A DNA stretch of 64,000 nt from the NCBI RefSeq assembly GCF_018350175.1, contig NC_058368.1, forward strand, positions 43,526,001-43,590,000, given 5' to 3'. This DNA comes from Felis catus. Lineage: Eukaryota. How positions within the stretch are numbered: the first letter of the stretch is position 1; every line of letters starts with the position of its first letter. The notes beneath the pieces were generated by a model. That model had not been told where the DNA came from and made no database searches. It worked only from the letters and a program-made list of their open reading frames with translations. The position numbers and the translations under genes are program-made. Below, piece by piece: positions 1 to 12,664 of this stretch.

Positions 1-857
1 AAACTTAGGCCCTGTAGAACTCTGTGGTTTTGATATGTGGTGTGAGGAGGGTTTTGTTTGTTTGTTTGTTTGTTTGTTTGTTTGTTTTTGCTGGTCTTCT
101 TGGGTAGGAGCCCACTGTTCTGAGACTGAGAGACCATCCCACCAGAGTGCAGAGTGCTGGAGGTGAGGTCTTGGTGTAAGTAAGTTAGGCAGTCAGTGTT
201 GGCATTGCACTGCTTCCCAACGAGTGGCTCCATGTTTATGCTGTGGGGTAGAGGAGGGGAATGATGCTCATCAGCTCCTTTTTTCCCAGAAAACTGTCTC
301 TGTGAAAGTTGCTTCTTAGGGTTGCACTCTGAGAAGAGTGAATAATCTCCCCACTCTGTGCCCCAGGCACTGTTCAGATTGCTGTTTCCATGTTGTCTGC
401 CCCTGGGTTGTTTGCCTGCCTTCTTTCCAAGAGAAGCACAGTATCCTCATGGCTCTATCCCAACCAAGCCCATTGATCTTTATAACTTCAGGCTTTAAGC
501 TCTGTTGGTTGCAAGAACTCACAAAATCCAACCCCTCTTATTTCCCAAGCCAATGGCTTTAGGGTAACATTCTCCTTTGTGCTTTCCCCTGTGTGCTCCT
601 CTCTCTTACACCCTTCTCCAGGGCCATAGCACCTACCTTCTGCAGCACCCACAATCTGTTTCTTCCCTAGACTACATCTCCGCACTTCCTATCTTCTTCA
701 AATTGGACTTTTCTTTCCCTTTAGTTGTGGAGTTTAGTTGTTCTGTCAGTCTTCAGGTTGATTTTGTGGTATTTAGGAAGATTTGATAGTTATCTAGTTG
801 TGTTCATGGTACAGGCTGAGCCTAGGGTCCTCTTATTCTGCAGCCATCTTCCTCTCT
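1..857 (-). mobile_element. Carnivore L1 (L1_Carn-type) 5' end/5'UTR; element runs off the left edge
   Basis: Reverse complement from 857 reads AGAGAGGAAGATGGCTGCAGAATAAGAGGACCCTAGGCTCAGCCTGTACCATGAACACAACTAGATAACTATCAAATC..., matching the recalled carnivore L1 5' start with the YY1-type AAGATGG; CpG-depleted. Confidence 0.8.
53..88. repeat. (GTTT)n microsatellite
   Basis: Direct read. Confidence 0.95.
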
Positions 858-1333
858 AGTGTATTGTTAATTTTGAAATCTTTGTGTGACAGTAGCATGT
901 TTTAAGAGTGAATTTCAGGTGTTTCTTCTTCTAAATACTTAAAATATTAATTTATTAAACATGACTTGTTTATTATTTGAGTTTAATGTGGTAACTATAG
1001 CCTTGCCTCAATTATGAACTTTTAATGATTTTGGTCTATGAAATTAAGAAAGTCAAGTACTTGTCTTATTATTAAGTACTCAGATTAAACAAATGTTTTA
1101 CATCTTGTATATCTTGTAAATTCTTTGTGTAGAGTAGTTTTAGATGACTTAAGTGTTTATGTACCCATACCTATATGCATAGTGGTTTCACAAGTATTGA
1201 AAATTTCAAGACCCACTGAATAACAAATTTGATACTGTGTTAAAGTGATAAATATAAATATCACATAAAATTACATCTGAAAAATGTTTAATTTATGTGG
1301 AATTAACCAGACAGGAGATAAGAAACCACTGTA

Positions 1334-1355
1334 TATCTATCTATCTATAGATAGG

Positions 1356-1386
<31 letters not shown>
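1334..1386. repeat. (TATC)n/(GATA)n microsatellite
   Basis: Direct read; switches orientation mid-array. Confidence 0.95.
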
Positions 1387-2474
1387 TCAAAAATACTATG
1401 TTCAGTCAATAAAAAATCAGGACAGTCTTCTCCAGTCCTAAGTCTCATCGCCCTCAGAATGGATCACAAATATTTTGCTGTGTTTTCAGGTAGCTATCTC
1501 TGTATTTCTAAAGACCATGTTTTTCCTCCTTTGTATTTTTCCTCCTTCCCCCTTTTTGTCTCCCTTCTCTCTCTCCCTTTCTCTTCAAATTTTAGACATG
1601 ATTTTTTTTGAGTATTGCTTATGTCTAATATAGACATTTCTACATTAGAAGGTTAGTATCAAATACCTTTTCTCATATCTAACCCCAAATCACACTTTCC
1701 CTCTGTCATACTCCCATTATAATTAGATTCGAATATGTAGCACAATCAATATTTTGTTTTCATATTATTACAATCTTCAGTTTTAAATCATAGCTCACCT
1801 ACATAGTGTATAAGTATTCGATTTCAGTTTTGGTACACATTAGTTCGTTTTTCATGGTTCATATATTTTCATTTACTAATATTTTTGTTCTATGTAGTAT
1901 GATTAATCAATCCCTTGGTTGTAGTTTCCTGACTTGATATTTTCTCTTTGCACAAAAACCTTATGTTCCCTCAGAACGTTCAAATCTTTGTCTCATTTTC
2001 TTTTATTTTCTATTTTTGTTCTTAAGAAATTTTATGATAGTTTGATTATTGATGATATACTTTATTTTCTCTAGGGTATTTTACTAATCACTAACTTGTT
2101 TTTTTTTAATTACCTAATATCTTGGAATGAAGTGTTTTTTCTTTTATATTTAATGTTACACTGGGTGCTCACTGGAGTTTATTGATTTGAAAAATTTTCT
2201 CTTTCACTTCTGAAACATTTTTCTTGGGAATTTTTTTCTTTCAATTTCTGTTTTTCTTTTCATTAATTATTTTCACATTGTGTCTTTTGTATTGTTTTCT
2301 TATTTATCTCTGCGCCTTTTTAAAATTCTGTTATTGGGCAGATAAGTGGTTATGCATTCTAATATCTCTTGTGATTTTTAAAAGTCTGCTATCCTGTTCT
2401 TTCCAAGATCTTATTTTTTTTCCTCTCAGAATGTTTCTTTTTAATTATGTTTTAAAATTACGATGTGTATGGAT

Positions 2475-2688
2475 GGGGTGCCTGGGTGACTCAGTCGATT
2501 AAGTGTCAGACTTCGGCTCAGATCATGATCTCATGCTTCTTGAGTTCCAGTCTCGCATCGGTTCTGTGCTGACCGCTCAGAGCCTGGAGCCTGTTTTAGA
2601 TTCTGTGTCTCCCTCTCTGCCCCTGCCCTGCTCATGCTCTGCCTTTATCTGTCTCTCTCTCAAAAATAAATAAACATTAAAAATTTTT
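2475..2688 (+). mobile_element. CanSINE (SINEC)
   Basis: GGGGTGCCTGGGTGACTCAG head, CT-rich body, AATAAATAAA tail; degenerate TSD AAATTACGATGTGT/AAATTGCAATGTGT. Confidence 0.95.
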
Positions 2689-3152
2689 AAATTGCAATGT
2701 GTGATTTAGTTCATAGGTGAAGTATTCATGTTTTGGGGTATTTTTCTATATTTAAAACTATGCTCCCTGCGGTTTTGCCTGTATCTAAATGTTTCTTTTT
2801 CTTTTCTTTTTTTTTTTTTTTTTGCTTTGTGTGTCTTGGCAACTCTCTTCTGTGTTTGAGAATTTTCTTCAATATTGGGTAATTATTGGTTTCTTGTTCA
2901 TATGTGAGAGTGATATACTAACATATTGTTTGAAGCCATGTGTATATGGTGGTAGAGGGACTTGTTTAATGTGTGTCCCTGTCTATAGGCTGATTCGGCA
3001 GTGTCCTGGCCATTTCAAGGATAACCCTCAGGTTTATTATCATGAAGATTTTTGCTCTCCTGCAAGATAATTTTCCCCAATGAGAAGTTTTCTGCATTCT
3101 CTTACAGAGATTGTAAATCAGACTACCAAGACTTGGTGGCAAGCCGGGGAAG

Positions 3153-3308
3153 CAGAACTAGCTATGTAATTTAGGGGATCGCTTGATAAAAAATTATTAA
3201 ACATTTCAATAAAGCAGAAATAGAGCATTAAACCAAGAGTGAGATCCTTCTGACTGTGGGCCCTGTGTGACTATAAGTATTTTATACTTATAAATGACAC
3301 CAGCTCTG
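3153..3308 (-). mobile_element. MER45A-like hAT MITE
   Basis: AGAGCATTAAACCAAG...GGGCCCTGTGTGACT matches recalled MER45A reverse complement; CAG...CTG ends; 8-bp TSD CGGGGAAG/AGGGGAAC. Confidence 0.75.
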
Positions 3309-3612
3309 AGGGGAACCAAGCTGTGGGGTTAACTCCTCACTGTTGAGTTTGCAGACTTACACATAATCCGGGTGATGACTTGTGGTCCAGCATATCAGAG
3401 CTTCTCTGTTTATCTCTCCAGAAATAACTCTCCTGTTTCTTACTGCAAGTGCCATGGATAGTATTCTGATTATACAAGAAAGGTGGTGGAGGAATGATTC
3501 TGAAACCTAGTCTTCCTTATAGAGACTTTCAGTAAATTGTTGTGCATTCCTTCCCAGGTAGGTGTTTTTAATTACTGCACTTAACAGTAACTGCACTTTT
3601 TTTTTAAACCAG

Positions 3613-3617
<5 letters not shown>

Positions 3618-3684
<67 letters not shown>

Positions 3685-3741
3685 GTGTATATATATATAT
3701 ATATGTACACACACATACATATATATACATATATATGGATA

Positions 3742-3773
<32 letters not shown>
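3618..3773. repeat. Compound (TA)n(CA)n(TA/TG)n microsatellite
   Basis: Direct read. Confidence 0.97.
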
Positions 3774-3899
3774 ATTTTTCTTTAAAAATGTATTTCACAT
3801 TGCAAAACTGCAAAGTTTCTTTCTACAAAACAATTTGACTTTCTCTTTTTCTGTTTGATGATATTTTTAACTGAAATGTACTTTAGAAATAATCTAAGC

Positions 3900-3975
3900 T
3901 ATTTCCCCCATTTTATAAATGAATTATTTAAAACTCAGCTGATTGAGTGACATGTAAAACATCACACAGCTACAC
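3900..3975 (-). mobile_element. MIR core fragment
   Basis: CCCATTTTATAAATGA...GAGTGAC...TCACACAGCTA resembles the MIR core reverse complement. Confidence 0.6.
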
Positions 3976-5534
3976 GGGAGCAAAAGAATATCACAACTTT
4001 TTAAGGTTTTGTATAGAGGTTAGTATTTAATGCTTAATTGACTATTATTTGAACATAGACAATCTACTTTCCTTGAAAATTTTAGACATCAAAGAATGTT
4101 GGTCTACTTGAAGAAAAAAGCATACATCAGAAAAGGTAATGCCTTCACACTGTAAGAATTCACAAACAATTTTTGACTGATAATAGCAAGTCAGGATCAT
4201 GGGTTTGGCATTATATTCTGATGTGATAAAATGAGCATCCGAGAGATTATTAAATGCTTAATTTTAAATTTACAAAGAGATTTATTCTTTTAGGAAAATA
4301 AGGAATAAAACTAAACTATTATAAATTATTTTTATATTTCCTTTGTATTTCTATCTATTTTATGAGTATTTTTGGATTGTTGCCTCTAGATTGCAATTAC
4401 CAAAAAACAAAAGAAAGCAAAGCAAAAACCTGATTGTTACATAATTTATATTTTTCTTACATCTTTTCTAATTAGTAGTAACTTGTCTTTTCCCAGAAGT
4501 AAAATAGTAATAATAAATCAGCAACATTATCTAAATTAAATAGTTTTAATTCAGTTTTATAAATACTTTCTTAAACCCTGGTAAATATGAATCAGCTAAA
4601 CAGAAGAATATTATCTATTTTATTTGTGGAGTATAAAAACTTCATTCTTTTAGTGAGTTTTAAATACTGAAAGCTTATATTCTGGAACTATTGCTGAAGA
4701 AAAGCACTGCCTGCATCTTGATTCTTACAATTTCAACATTCAACTAAAATTTATATATATAATCCAGATATGTCAATCTTACTCTTGAACTCTTCTTACT
4801 ATGCTTTAGTAATAAATGGAATTTTTCATTTGGAAGTATGAAGACCAAGGTGGAACCTCTTGTCATTTTCTTTCTACTACTTGAGGAAGTTTTCTCCACG
4901 TACAGAATGAAATCCAATCCTTTTTTAAGTCAAACTTTACATTGCTATGTTATTTCAGAAAAAGCTCAGCTGGTGTTTGTCTGCTGGGATGAGCTCACAC
5001 AGCACAGTATTAAAAAGGAACCATGAAACACTGATAGACAAAAAAAGACAACTTTTTGTTGTTGATTTATCTTTTATACGTATACATCCCAAAGCAAAGT
5101 TTTCTTTCTCAAATTTAAGCTCATATTTTTATGATACGTTTACCGGTGCTTTTTTTTTTCCTCATCTCATCAAAAAGAATTTTTCTTAATTTGATCCAGC
5201 ACTGTATTTAGTTTTCAAATTAAAATATCCACCATCCTCAGATGCTTATTTAGTTGTAAGAATATCCCTTATTCTTTTCTCACCAGTACCCATGTTGCAG
5301 TAGCAAAAATATAGATATGGCATTTTAGTTGCAAACACAACTCCTTTTGAAATTTTACTAAATTCTTAATGATACATTTATGGTACTTGTAAAAATATGT
5401 TGAACGTTAAAACTATGCTGAATGTTGCAAACACTATTATTAAGTTGTACTAATATTAGAAGTTTAGCTATGTAGAAAACCATGAAATTAAGGATAGATA
5501 AAAAGGAAAAGACATCTAATATATGTTGATTTCT

Positions 5535-5700
5535 TGTTTGGTAATGTGCCCTTTATATGTATTGTTTTATTTAATCTATATAAGACCACTTTGAGTAAAG
5601 TGTTTTATTAATGAGGAAAACAGAGTAGTTAAATATGTGCACTAATAAACAAACATAGCAAAAGTCAGGTCTAGAATTCAAATCCAAGATATTCTAATTT
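5535..5700 (-). mobile_element. MIR fragment
   Basis: ATTTAATCT...ATGAGGAAAACAGAG...GAATTCAAATCCAAG pattern. Confidence 0.5.
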
Positions 5701-6250
5701 TTGAGCCACACCTGTCTCCCAGTAAGAATTTTGAAGAATAGAGGTGCAGAAGAATAGAGGATGAGGTTGGAAGATAAGATTAAAAATCTGTTAAGAAGAA
5801 TGCAAAGAGGGACTTAATAGGTGGGAAAATTAAAATATGATAAAATCTTGCTACATGGTTAAAGATGTTTTAAGAAAAAAAAGACATGTTGTTGGGAAAT
5901 ATTAGGAAAATAAATATGTTTTAGATAAAGTCAAAAAAGGTCATTATGGATTATATAGGACAAGAAAGCAATTGGTAAAACTTCCAGATTTCTCAGTGGA
6001 CTTCTGCTACCATGCTAGCACTAACACAAGTCCTGTAATGAGCTTGAAGGAGCGGTTGTCTCTGGAGGACACTGAACATGTTAGAATGTACAGGGAAACC
6101 GTAGAGAATGGACTCAGTTGATAGACAGCATGACAAATTAACCTTGTATAGACCACTTAGCCCACTAACTCTAGTATACCTGGACTCATCCCAACTTTAA
6201 AGAGTTTCTATAAATGCACTTAGTGAACAAAATTTCAAGAGAATCACATC

Positions 6251-6711
6251 TGTAGTTTTGTTATTGAGGTTCCAACAGGAAAGAGATAACAAATTCATAT
6301 AAATATACTTTAATTATTTTTTCAAGTAAAGGAACTGATTCAAAGATGTATACAAGGTAGATAGTAACCATAAATGGGCAATGCTGTAGTCTAGGACTAG
6401 TGGTAGCAAACATTTTACCAAGCCTAAGCCTGAAAAGTCAAGGGGAGGGAAAGGTTAATGGGAGCCAAATGAAAAGTCTGTCTTAAGAGGAGTAGTGACT
6501 TCCACTTTTAAGAGACCAGACAACTAAAAGGGTCCCTGAGGAATTAATATGCTGGCCTAACTTTTCTTTGTCTCTTCCATCTCTTCTGGTGACTTCCCTT
6601 TGGCTGAATGCAATTCAAAACTGAAAGAAAGGGATAAACTCTATATAAGTAGAGAGCCTGCTGGATATACATAAGGTGCGGGAAAGAAAAGAGAAGGTAT
6701 CTATCTAGCAC
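6251..6711 (-). mobile_element. LTR33-like ERVL solo LTR
   Basis: TTACCAAGCCTAAGCCTGAAAAGTCAAGGGGAGGGA and CCCTTTGGCTGAATGCAA match recalled LTR33 reverse complement. Confidence 0.6.
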
Positions 6712-8471
6712 AGTAACTGTGTCAGCCATAGCCCCATCTGCTGCAGTTGCTTCTAGGTTCTCTGAGCTTATATCTGTACATTTCCTGCATAACCCTTTCA
6801 CATCTTCTCCTGTCTCCAAAACTTCTTGTGCATCATATCTAATCCCATTCTCAGCTGTTTATCTTAATTTCTATTTCACTGAGAAGATAAGAGCAATCAG
6901 AATACAACCTTTACCAACTCCCAGTACCACTTATACAGACATACTTCATTTTATTGTGCTCCACTTTATTTAATTGTGCTTTGCAGATATTGCATTTTTT
7001 TTTAAATTGAAGGTTTTTGACAACCCTCTGTTGAGCAAGTCTATCAACACCATTTTTCCAACATTTTCTCACTTTGCATCTCTGTCACATTTTGATAATT
7101 CTTGCAATATTTCAAACTTTTTCATTGTTATTATATTTGTTATGGTGATCTTTAATCAGTGATTTTTGATGTTACTATTGTAATTGTTATGGGGCATCAT
7201 GAAATGTGCTCATGTAAGACAGAAAACTTAATTGATAAATGTTGCATGTATTTGGACTACTCCACTGTTCTGTTATTCCTTATTTTTCTCCTCCTTGAGC
7301 CTCTCTATTTCCTGAACACATATTGAAATTATGCCAATTAATAACCCTATGATGACCTCTAAGTAATTAAGTGAAAAGAAGAGTCACACATCTCTCACTT
7401 TAAGTCATAATCTAGAAATGTGTAAGCTTAGTGAGGAATGCATTTCAAAAGCCAAGATAGGACAAAAGCTACACCTCTGTGCCAAATAGTTAACCAAATT
7501 ATGAATGCAAAGGAAAAGTTCTTGAAGGACATTAAAAATGTTACTGCAGTGAAGACAAAAATGATAAGAAAATAAAACAGCCTTATTACTGATATGGACA
7601 AAGTTTTAGTGGTCTGAATAGAAGATCAGAGCAGACACAACGTTCCCTTAATCCAAAGCCTACTCCAGAGCAAGGACCCGACTCTCTTCAAATCTATGAA
7701 AGATAAGAGAGGTAAGGAAGTTGCAGGAGAAAAGTTTGAAGCCACCAGAGATTGGTTTGTGATTTTTAAGGAAATAATCTCTCTCCATAACATAATAGTT
7801 CAACATGTAGCAAGTTCCCAAAAGATCTAGCTAGGATCCTTAATGAAGGTGGCTACACTAAAGAACAGAATTCCAATATAGAAAAAAACAGCTTTCTATT
7901 AGAAGAAAATGCCATCTAGGACTTTCATAGCTGGGGAGGAGAAGTCAATGCCTGGCTTCAAAGCTTTAAAGGTCAGGCTGCGTCTCTTGCTAATGGCCAA
8001 TGCAGCTGGTGACTTTAAGTTGAGGATGAAGCCTATGCTCATTTATCACTCCAAACAATCTGAAGTCCCTTAAGAATTATGCTAAATCTACTCTGACTAT
8101 GCTCTGTAAATAGAACAACAAAGCCTATATGATATCACATCTATTTATAGCATGGTTTACTGAATACTTTAAGCCCACTTTTAGACATAGCACTCAGTAA
8201 AAAGACTGCTTTCGAAACATTACTGTTCATTGACAATGTACCTGGTCACCTAAGAACTCTGATGAAGACACATAATGAGATTAATGTTGTTCTCATGCCT
8301 GCTAAAACAATATCCATTCTGCAGCCCATGGATCAAGAAGTAATTTTTACTTTCCAGTCTTATTACTTAAGGAATGCATTTCATAAGGCGATAGCTGCCA
8401 TAGATAGTGATTCCACTAATGGACCTTGGCAGAGTAAATTGAAGGCCTAATGGAAAGGATTCACCTTTCTA

Positions 8472-8687
8472 ATGTTTATTTATTTTGAGAGAGAGACAGA
8501 GAGAAGGACAGAGAGAAAGAGGTCAAAAGAGGAAGGGACAGAGAGAGTCAGAGACACAGAATCCAAAGCAGACTCCAGGCTCTGAGCTGTCAACACAGAG
8601 CTCGACATGGGGCTCAGACTCAGAAGCCATGAGATCATGACCTGAACCAAGATCAGACACTTAACTGACTGAGCCACCCAGGCGTCC
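8472..8687 (-). mobile_element. CanSINE inside Tigger1
   Basis: Perfect 17-bp TSD AAGGATTCACCTTTCTA (8455-8471, 8688-8704). Confidence 0.95.
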
Positions 8688-8911
8688 AAGGATTCACCTT
8701 TCTAGATGCCATTTAGAACATTTGTGATTCTTTGGAAGAGGTCAAAATATCAACATTAGCAGAAATTTGGAAGAAGTTAATTCCACCTCTCATAGATGAC
8801 TTTGAGGGGTTGAAGACTTTTGGGGAGTAAGTAATTGCAGATGTGGTAGAAATAGCAAGATAACTAAAATCAGAAATAGAGCTTGAAATGTGTCTGAATT
8901 GCTGCAATTCT

Positions 8912-9127
8912 TTTTAAAAAAAAATATTTATTTATTTTTGAAGGAGACAGAGAGGGAGAGAGAGAGCAGGGGAAGGGCAGAGGGATAAGAAGAAACAGAA
9001 TCTGAAGCATGCTTCAGGCTCCCAGCTGTCAGCACAGAGCCAGACACAGGGCTTGAACTGCCAAGCCGTGAGATCATGACCTGAGCCAAAGTTGGACACT
9101 TAACTGACTGAGCCACCCAGGCGCCCC
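8912..9127 (-). mobile_element. CanSINE inside Tigger1
   Basis: Ends GAGCCACCCAGGCGCCCC; TSD TGCAAT(T/C)CTTT. Confidence 0.95.
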
Positions 9128-9581
9128 TGCAATCCTTTAAGAGAACTTTAACAGCTGAAGGTTTGCTTCTTATGGAAGAGCAAAAAAAAGTGATTTCTTG
9201 AGATGGAATCTCCCCCTGAGAAGATGCTGTGAAGATTGTTGTAATGACAACAAAAGATTTATAATGTTACATAAACTTGGTTGATAAAGCAATGGCAGGG
9301 TTTGAAAGGATTGACCTTAATTTTGAAAGAAATTCTACTGTGGGAAAAATGCTATCAATCAGCTTTGAATGCTACAGAAAAAAAAAACTGTTCAAAAAAG
9401 AAAGAGTGAATTGATGTAGCAAACTTCACTGTTGCTGTATTTTAAGAAATTGCCACAGCTACCTTCAGCAATTATCAGCCTGATCAGTCAGCAGCCATTA
9501 ACACTGAGGCAAAACTCTCTACTAGCAAATTGATTATGATTTGCTGAAAGCTCAGATGTTTAGAGTTCTTTAGCAACCAAG

Positions 9582-9831
9582 TTTTTTTTTTTTTTAGTTT
9601 TTATTTTTATTTTTTTATTTTTGTTTTTGAGGGAGAGTGAGAGTGAGCGGGGGCGGGGGGGGGAATTGGGGGGAGGGGGGAAGGGAGAGGGAGAAGGAGA
9701 GAGAGAATCCCAAGCAGGCTGTATTCCAATAATGGAGCCTGATGCAGGGCTCAGTCTCACAACTGTGAGATCATGACCTGCACTGAAATCAAGAGTCAGA
9801 TGCTCAACTGACTGAGCCACCCAGGTGACCC
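9582..9831 (-). mobile_element. CanSINE inside Tigger1
   Basis: Poly-T tail, G-rich body, ...CTGAGCCACCCAGGTGACCC head. Confidence 0.93.
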
Positions 9832-10269
9832 ACAGTCAAGTATTTTTTAATTAGGTATGGTGCATTTTTTTCCCAGACATAATGGTATAGCACACTTAAT
9901 AGACTTTAGTATAGTGTAAACATAACTTTTATATGCACTGGGAAACCAAAAAATTCATTTGACTCACTTTATTTCCATTGTATGGAAGTGAACCTGTAAT
10001 ATCTCAGAGGTATACTTGTAACCCACTACCAATATGTGCACATATGTACTCTGCCTTCCTTACTAATACCTTGGACGATCTATTGGTAGAGGTACCCGAG
10101 TCCAAATAATTCACTTGTACATTGTTTCATGTACTTGTATCTACTCAAGCAAATCACTCTAAAAATGTACTCTTTTCCTTGCATCATAAATATTTCCATC
10201 CTTATTAATTTATGCGTATCAACACACAAAGATACAGTTATATTTTATTAAGGAAAATCCTCTGCTCAT

Positions 10270-10692
10270 TGTTGGGAGACAATTTCCTATGAGTCTACCA
10301 ATTTGTACAGATCTTGCAAAATGAAGCATAGGCTATTCTTTGTTCCAGGTTATTTTTACAAGAATGTTTGTATGGGAATCAGATTTGGGCAATAACGATC
10401 ATGTCTCCTGCCAGAGCAAAGGGAAAACATTCTTGTAGCCTTTTATAAAAGACTCAGATTCCTTAAGTTCAGGCTTCTTCTGTAACTCAAGTTCCTGCAT
10501 ATGAGAATTCAAGCTCAGAGGACAGACATAAAAATGCTGAAACTATAGCTACTACTATTGCTGTGAATAATAAACTGTCTTTTATCTCTGACCCAGTAAT
10601 GGTGGGTCTTCCACTAGCATTAATGAAATTGCACCAAGCTAAATTGTAAGATTGAAGTAAGGTAAAATGCAGACCCTTTGCTTTTATTGCCA
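10270..10692 (+). mobile_element. LTR40-like ERVL solo LTR inside L2
   Basis: TGTTGGGAGACAATT start, ATTGCTGTGAATAATAAACTGTC...TCTGACCCAG, end GGTAAAATGCAGACCC...CA. Confidence 0.8.
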
Positions 10693-12150
10693 TCAATCTC
10701 ATTTATCTGTTACACTATCCTTTGCAACAAAACTCCTTGAAAATGTTGTCTATACTTATGATCTCAAATTCCACTTCTCCCATTCTGATTATATTACTGC
10801 ACAGAAACTGCTTCTATCAAAATTTGACTTAAAAATTGCTTATTCCATTGGACAATTCTTAGATTTTGTCTTTTATTATTTATAACCAACATTTGACACC
10901 TCTGATAACACTTTTCCTTCAGTTTCAAGGTCTTTCTTCACTTGGTTTCCAGATCAATACCAATATGTTTTTGATCCTTTAGTACTGGATGTTAATTCTC
11001 AGTATCTTTTGCAGATTTTTCCTCAGTTTTTTAGTCTCTTTAAGATTCCATCCCTTAAGATGCAAGGACTTGGTCTTGAAACACTTTTCTTTGCTGTCTA
11101 CATGCAATTTCTGGAATAACTATCTCTGTTAGCATCATGATTTTAATTATCTGTCCACACTGACAACTAGCATATTTATATCTACATCCCAGACCTCTTG
11201 AGCTACACATTTACTTCCAACTGCTTGACACATTCATTTGGAAGTAAAATTGGCATATTAACCTTAACATGTTTAAAACTGTATGATATGTTTCCCCCCA
11301 TAAGCCTGTTCCTTTCACAACCTTTAATTCTATATAATGTCAACCACATCCTTTAAGTTGCTTAAGCCAAGAACCTTAAAAATTTCCTTAAATTCTCTTT
11401 TCCTCATGTCATGAATCCAGTCTTTCCACAAATTTATCTCATACTTCAGTTATATTTAGACCATACACCCTCTTATCACCTCTACTGTTATACCTCTACT
11501 CTTCTATCTTGATTACTGTGATAGCCTCCTAACAGATTATAATATTTCTGTTCCTCTTTCTAAAGTTTATTCTCACCAAAGTAGGCAGAATAACCCTGTA
11601 AAATGGAAATCTTTCCTTCTGTGCTCATACTTCTGTTGGCTTCCCAACTCATGCAAAGTATAATTAATGCATAATCCTTATAGTGACCAAGAGGACTCTT
11701 TTACCTCATATTTTAAATCCTTTACTCTCTGACTTACTCTGCCCTATCAATGTAGGCTTCTTCAGTGATTTTTAAACATTCCAGGAACATTTATTTTCAA
11801 GATACATAAACTTCCTCCACATATCAATAAAGCTCATATCCTCATATCTCTTCACCTCTTGGCTCAAATGTTATCTTTTCCCTTAAATGTCCAATTCCCT
11901 GAATCCTGGAACATTCTGTATACCTTGTTGTTTTTCCTTGCTCATCTCTGACATCATTTTATATCATTTACAGTTTTTATTTAAATATTAACAAGTATAA
12001 TGTAGGCTTCATGGGGAAATTATTCAGTCTGTTTTTTTAATGATTCTCTATTTGTGACATTTAGAATAGTCCCTGTCACATAACTGGTACACAATAAATA
12101 TTTGCTAAGTGAATGATTTACTTAATATATACATACTTAGACATATCTCA

Positions 12151-12180
12151 GAGAAAGAAAGAAAAGAAAGAAAGAAAACA
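12151..12180. repeat. (GAAA)n repeat
   Basis: Direct read. Confidence 0.85.
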
Positions 12181-12507
12181 TTTTTCTTTCTTTTCAAGTG
12201 AAAAGCTTTGATCTAGACAGAATTCAATGAAATATTTAATTTAGTAACTATTCATAAGTAGTTTATCATATTTCATCAGCTTTCAGTTGTTCATCAGTCT
12301 GTGTTTTTTATGATTATAAATAACTAATAATCTATATTCCTGCCCTTGAGGTCGGGGTCAGTGCTAGTAAATGGCAAGTTGCTATTTTTATTTTATGCAA
12401 ACATGTTTTTCTGTATATTAATGATCAGATATTCTCTTTTGGAGATTTCAGAATTTATTTTTTATCCTTGTTATACACATCTAATTAGTTACTCTTTTTA
12501 TCTGCTG

Positions 12508-12533
12508 GTGTGTGTGTGTGTGTGTGTGTGTGT
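12508..12533. repeat. (TG)n microsatellite
   Basis: Direct read. Confidence 0.95.
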
Positions 12534-12664
12534 TTAAAATCTGAGCTTGTTCAAACAATTATGCAAGTATTCATTGAGGGGAAGAAGAAATGTAGTGGGA
12601 GGGACTTTCAGCACAAGAAGATGGGGAGAAGTTTAATCAGATGGAAATTAAGTCTGAAGGTGGT

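Larger units (their letters stand above)
7352..9150 (+). pseudogene. Decayed Tigger1 (pogo-family) transposase
   Basis: Starts ATGACCTCTAAGTAA (early stop); ORF 8262-8450 INVVLMPAKTISILQPMDQEVIFTFQSYYLR is the DDE-domain motif; multiple stops/frameshifts and two SINE insertions; 3' limit approximate. Confidence 0.85.
6936..10018 (+). mobile_element. Full-length Tigger1 DNA transposon (TcMar-Tigger) with three nested CanSINEs
   Basis: TIRs CAGACATACTTC / GAGGTATACTTG, TA TSD at 6934-6935 and 10019-10020; length minus the SINEs is ~2.4 kb as expected; transposase remnants inside. Confidence 0.95.
6780..12116 (+). mobile_element. L2 LINE (ORF2 remnant to 3' end), interrupted by Tigger1 and LTR40
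   Basis: TATTTCACTGAGAAGATAAGAGCAATCAGAA before Tigger1; TACTCTGCCTTCC after it; AAAACTCCTTGAAAATGTTGTCTATAC; 3' end CACATAACTGGTACACAATAAATATTTGCTAAGTGAATGA. Confidence 0.75.

Noticed and set aside
3507..3813. Low-complexity ORFs (YIYI, CVCV, SLSL, RERE), also at 26307-26607, 52139-52327, 63618-63909
   Set aside because: Microsatellite read-through
7352..9150. Domesticated TIGD1-like gene or active transposase
   Set aside because: Stop at the fifth codon, frameshifts and SINE insertions; ordinary dead Tigger1
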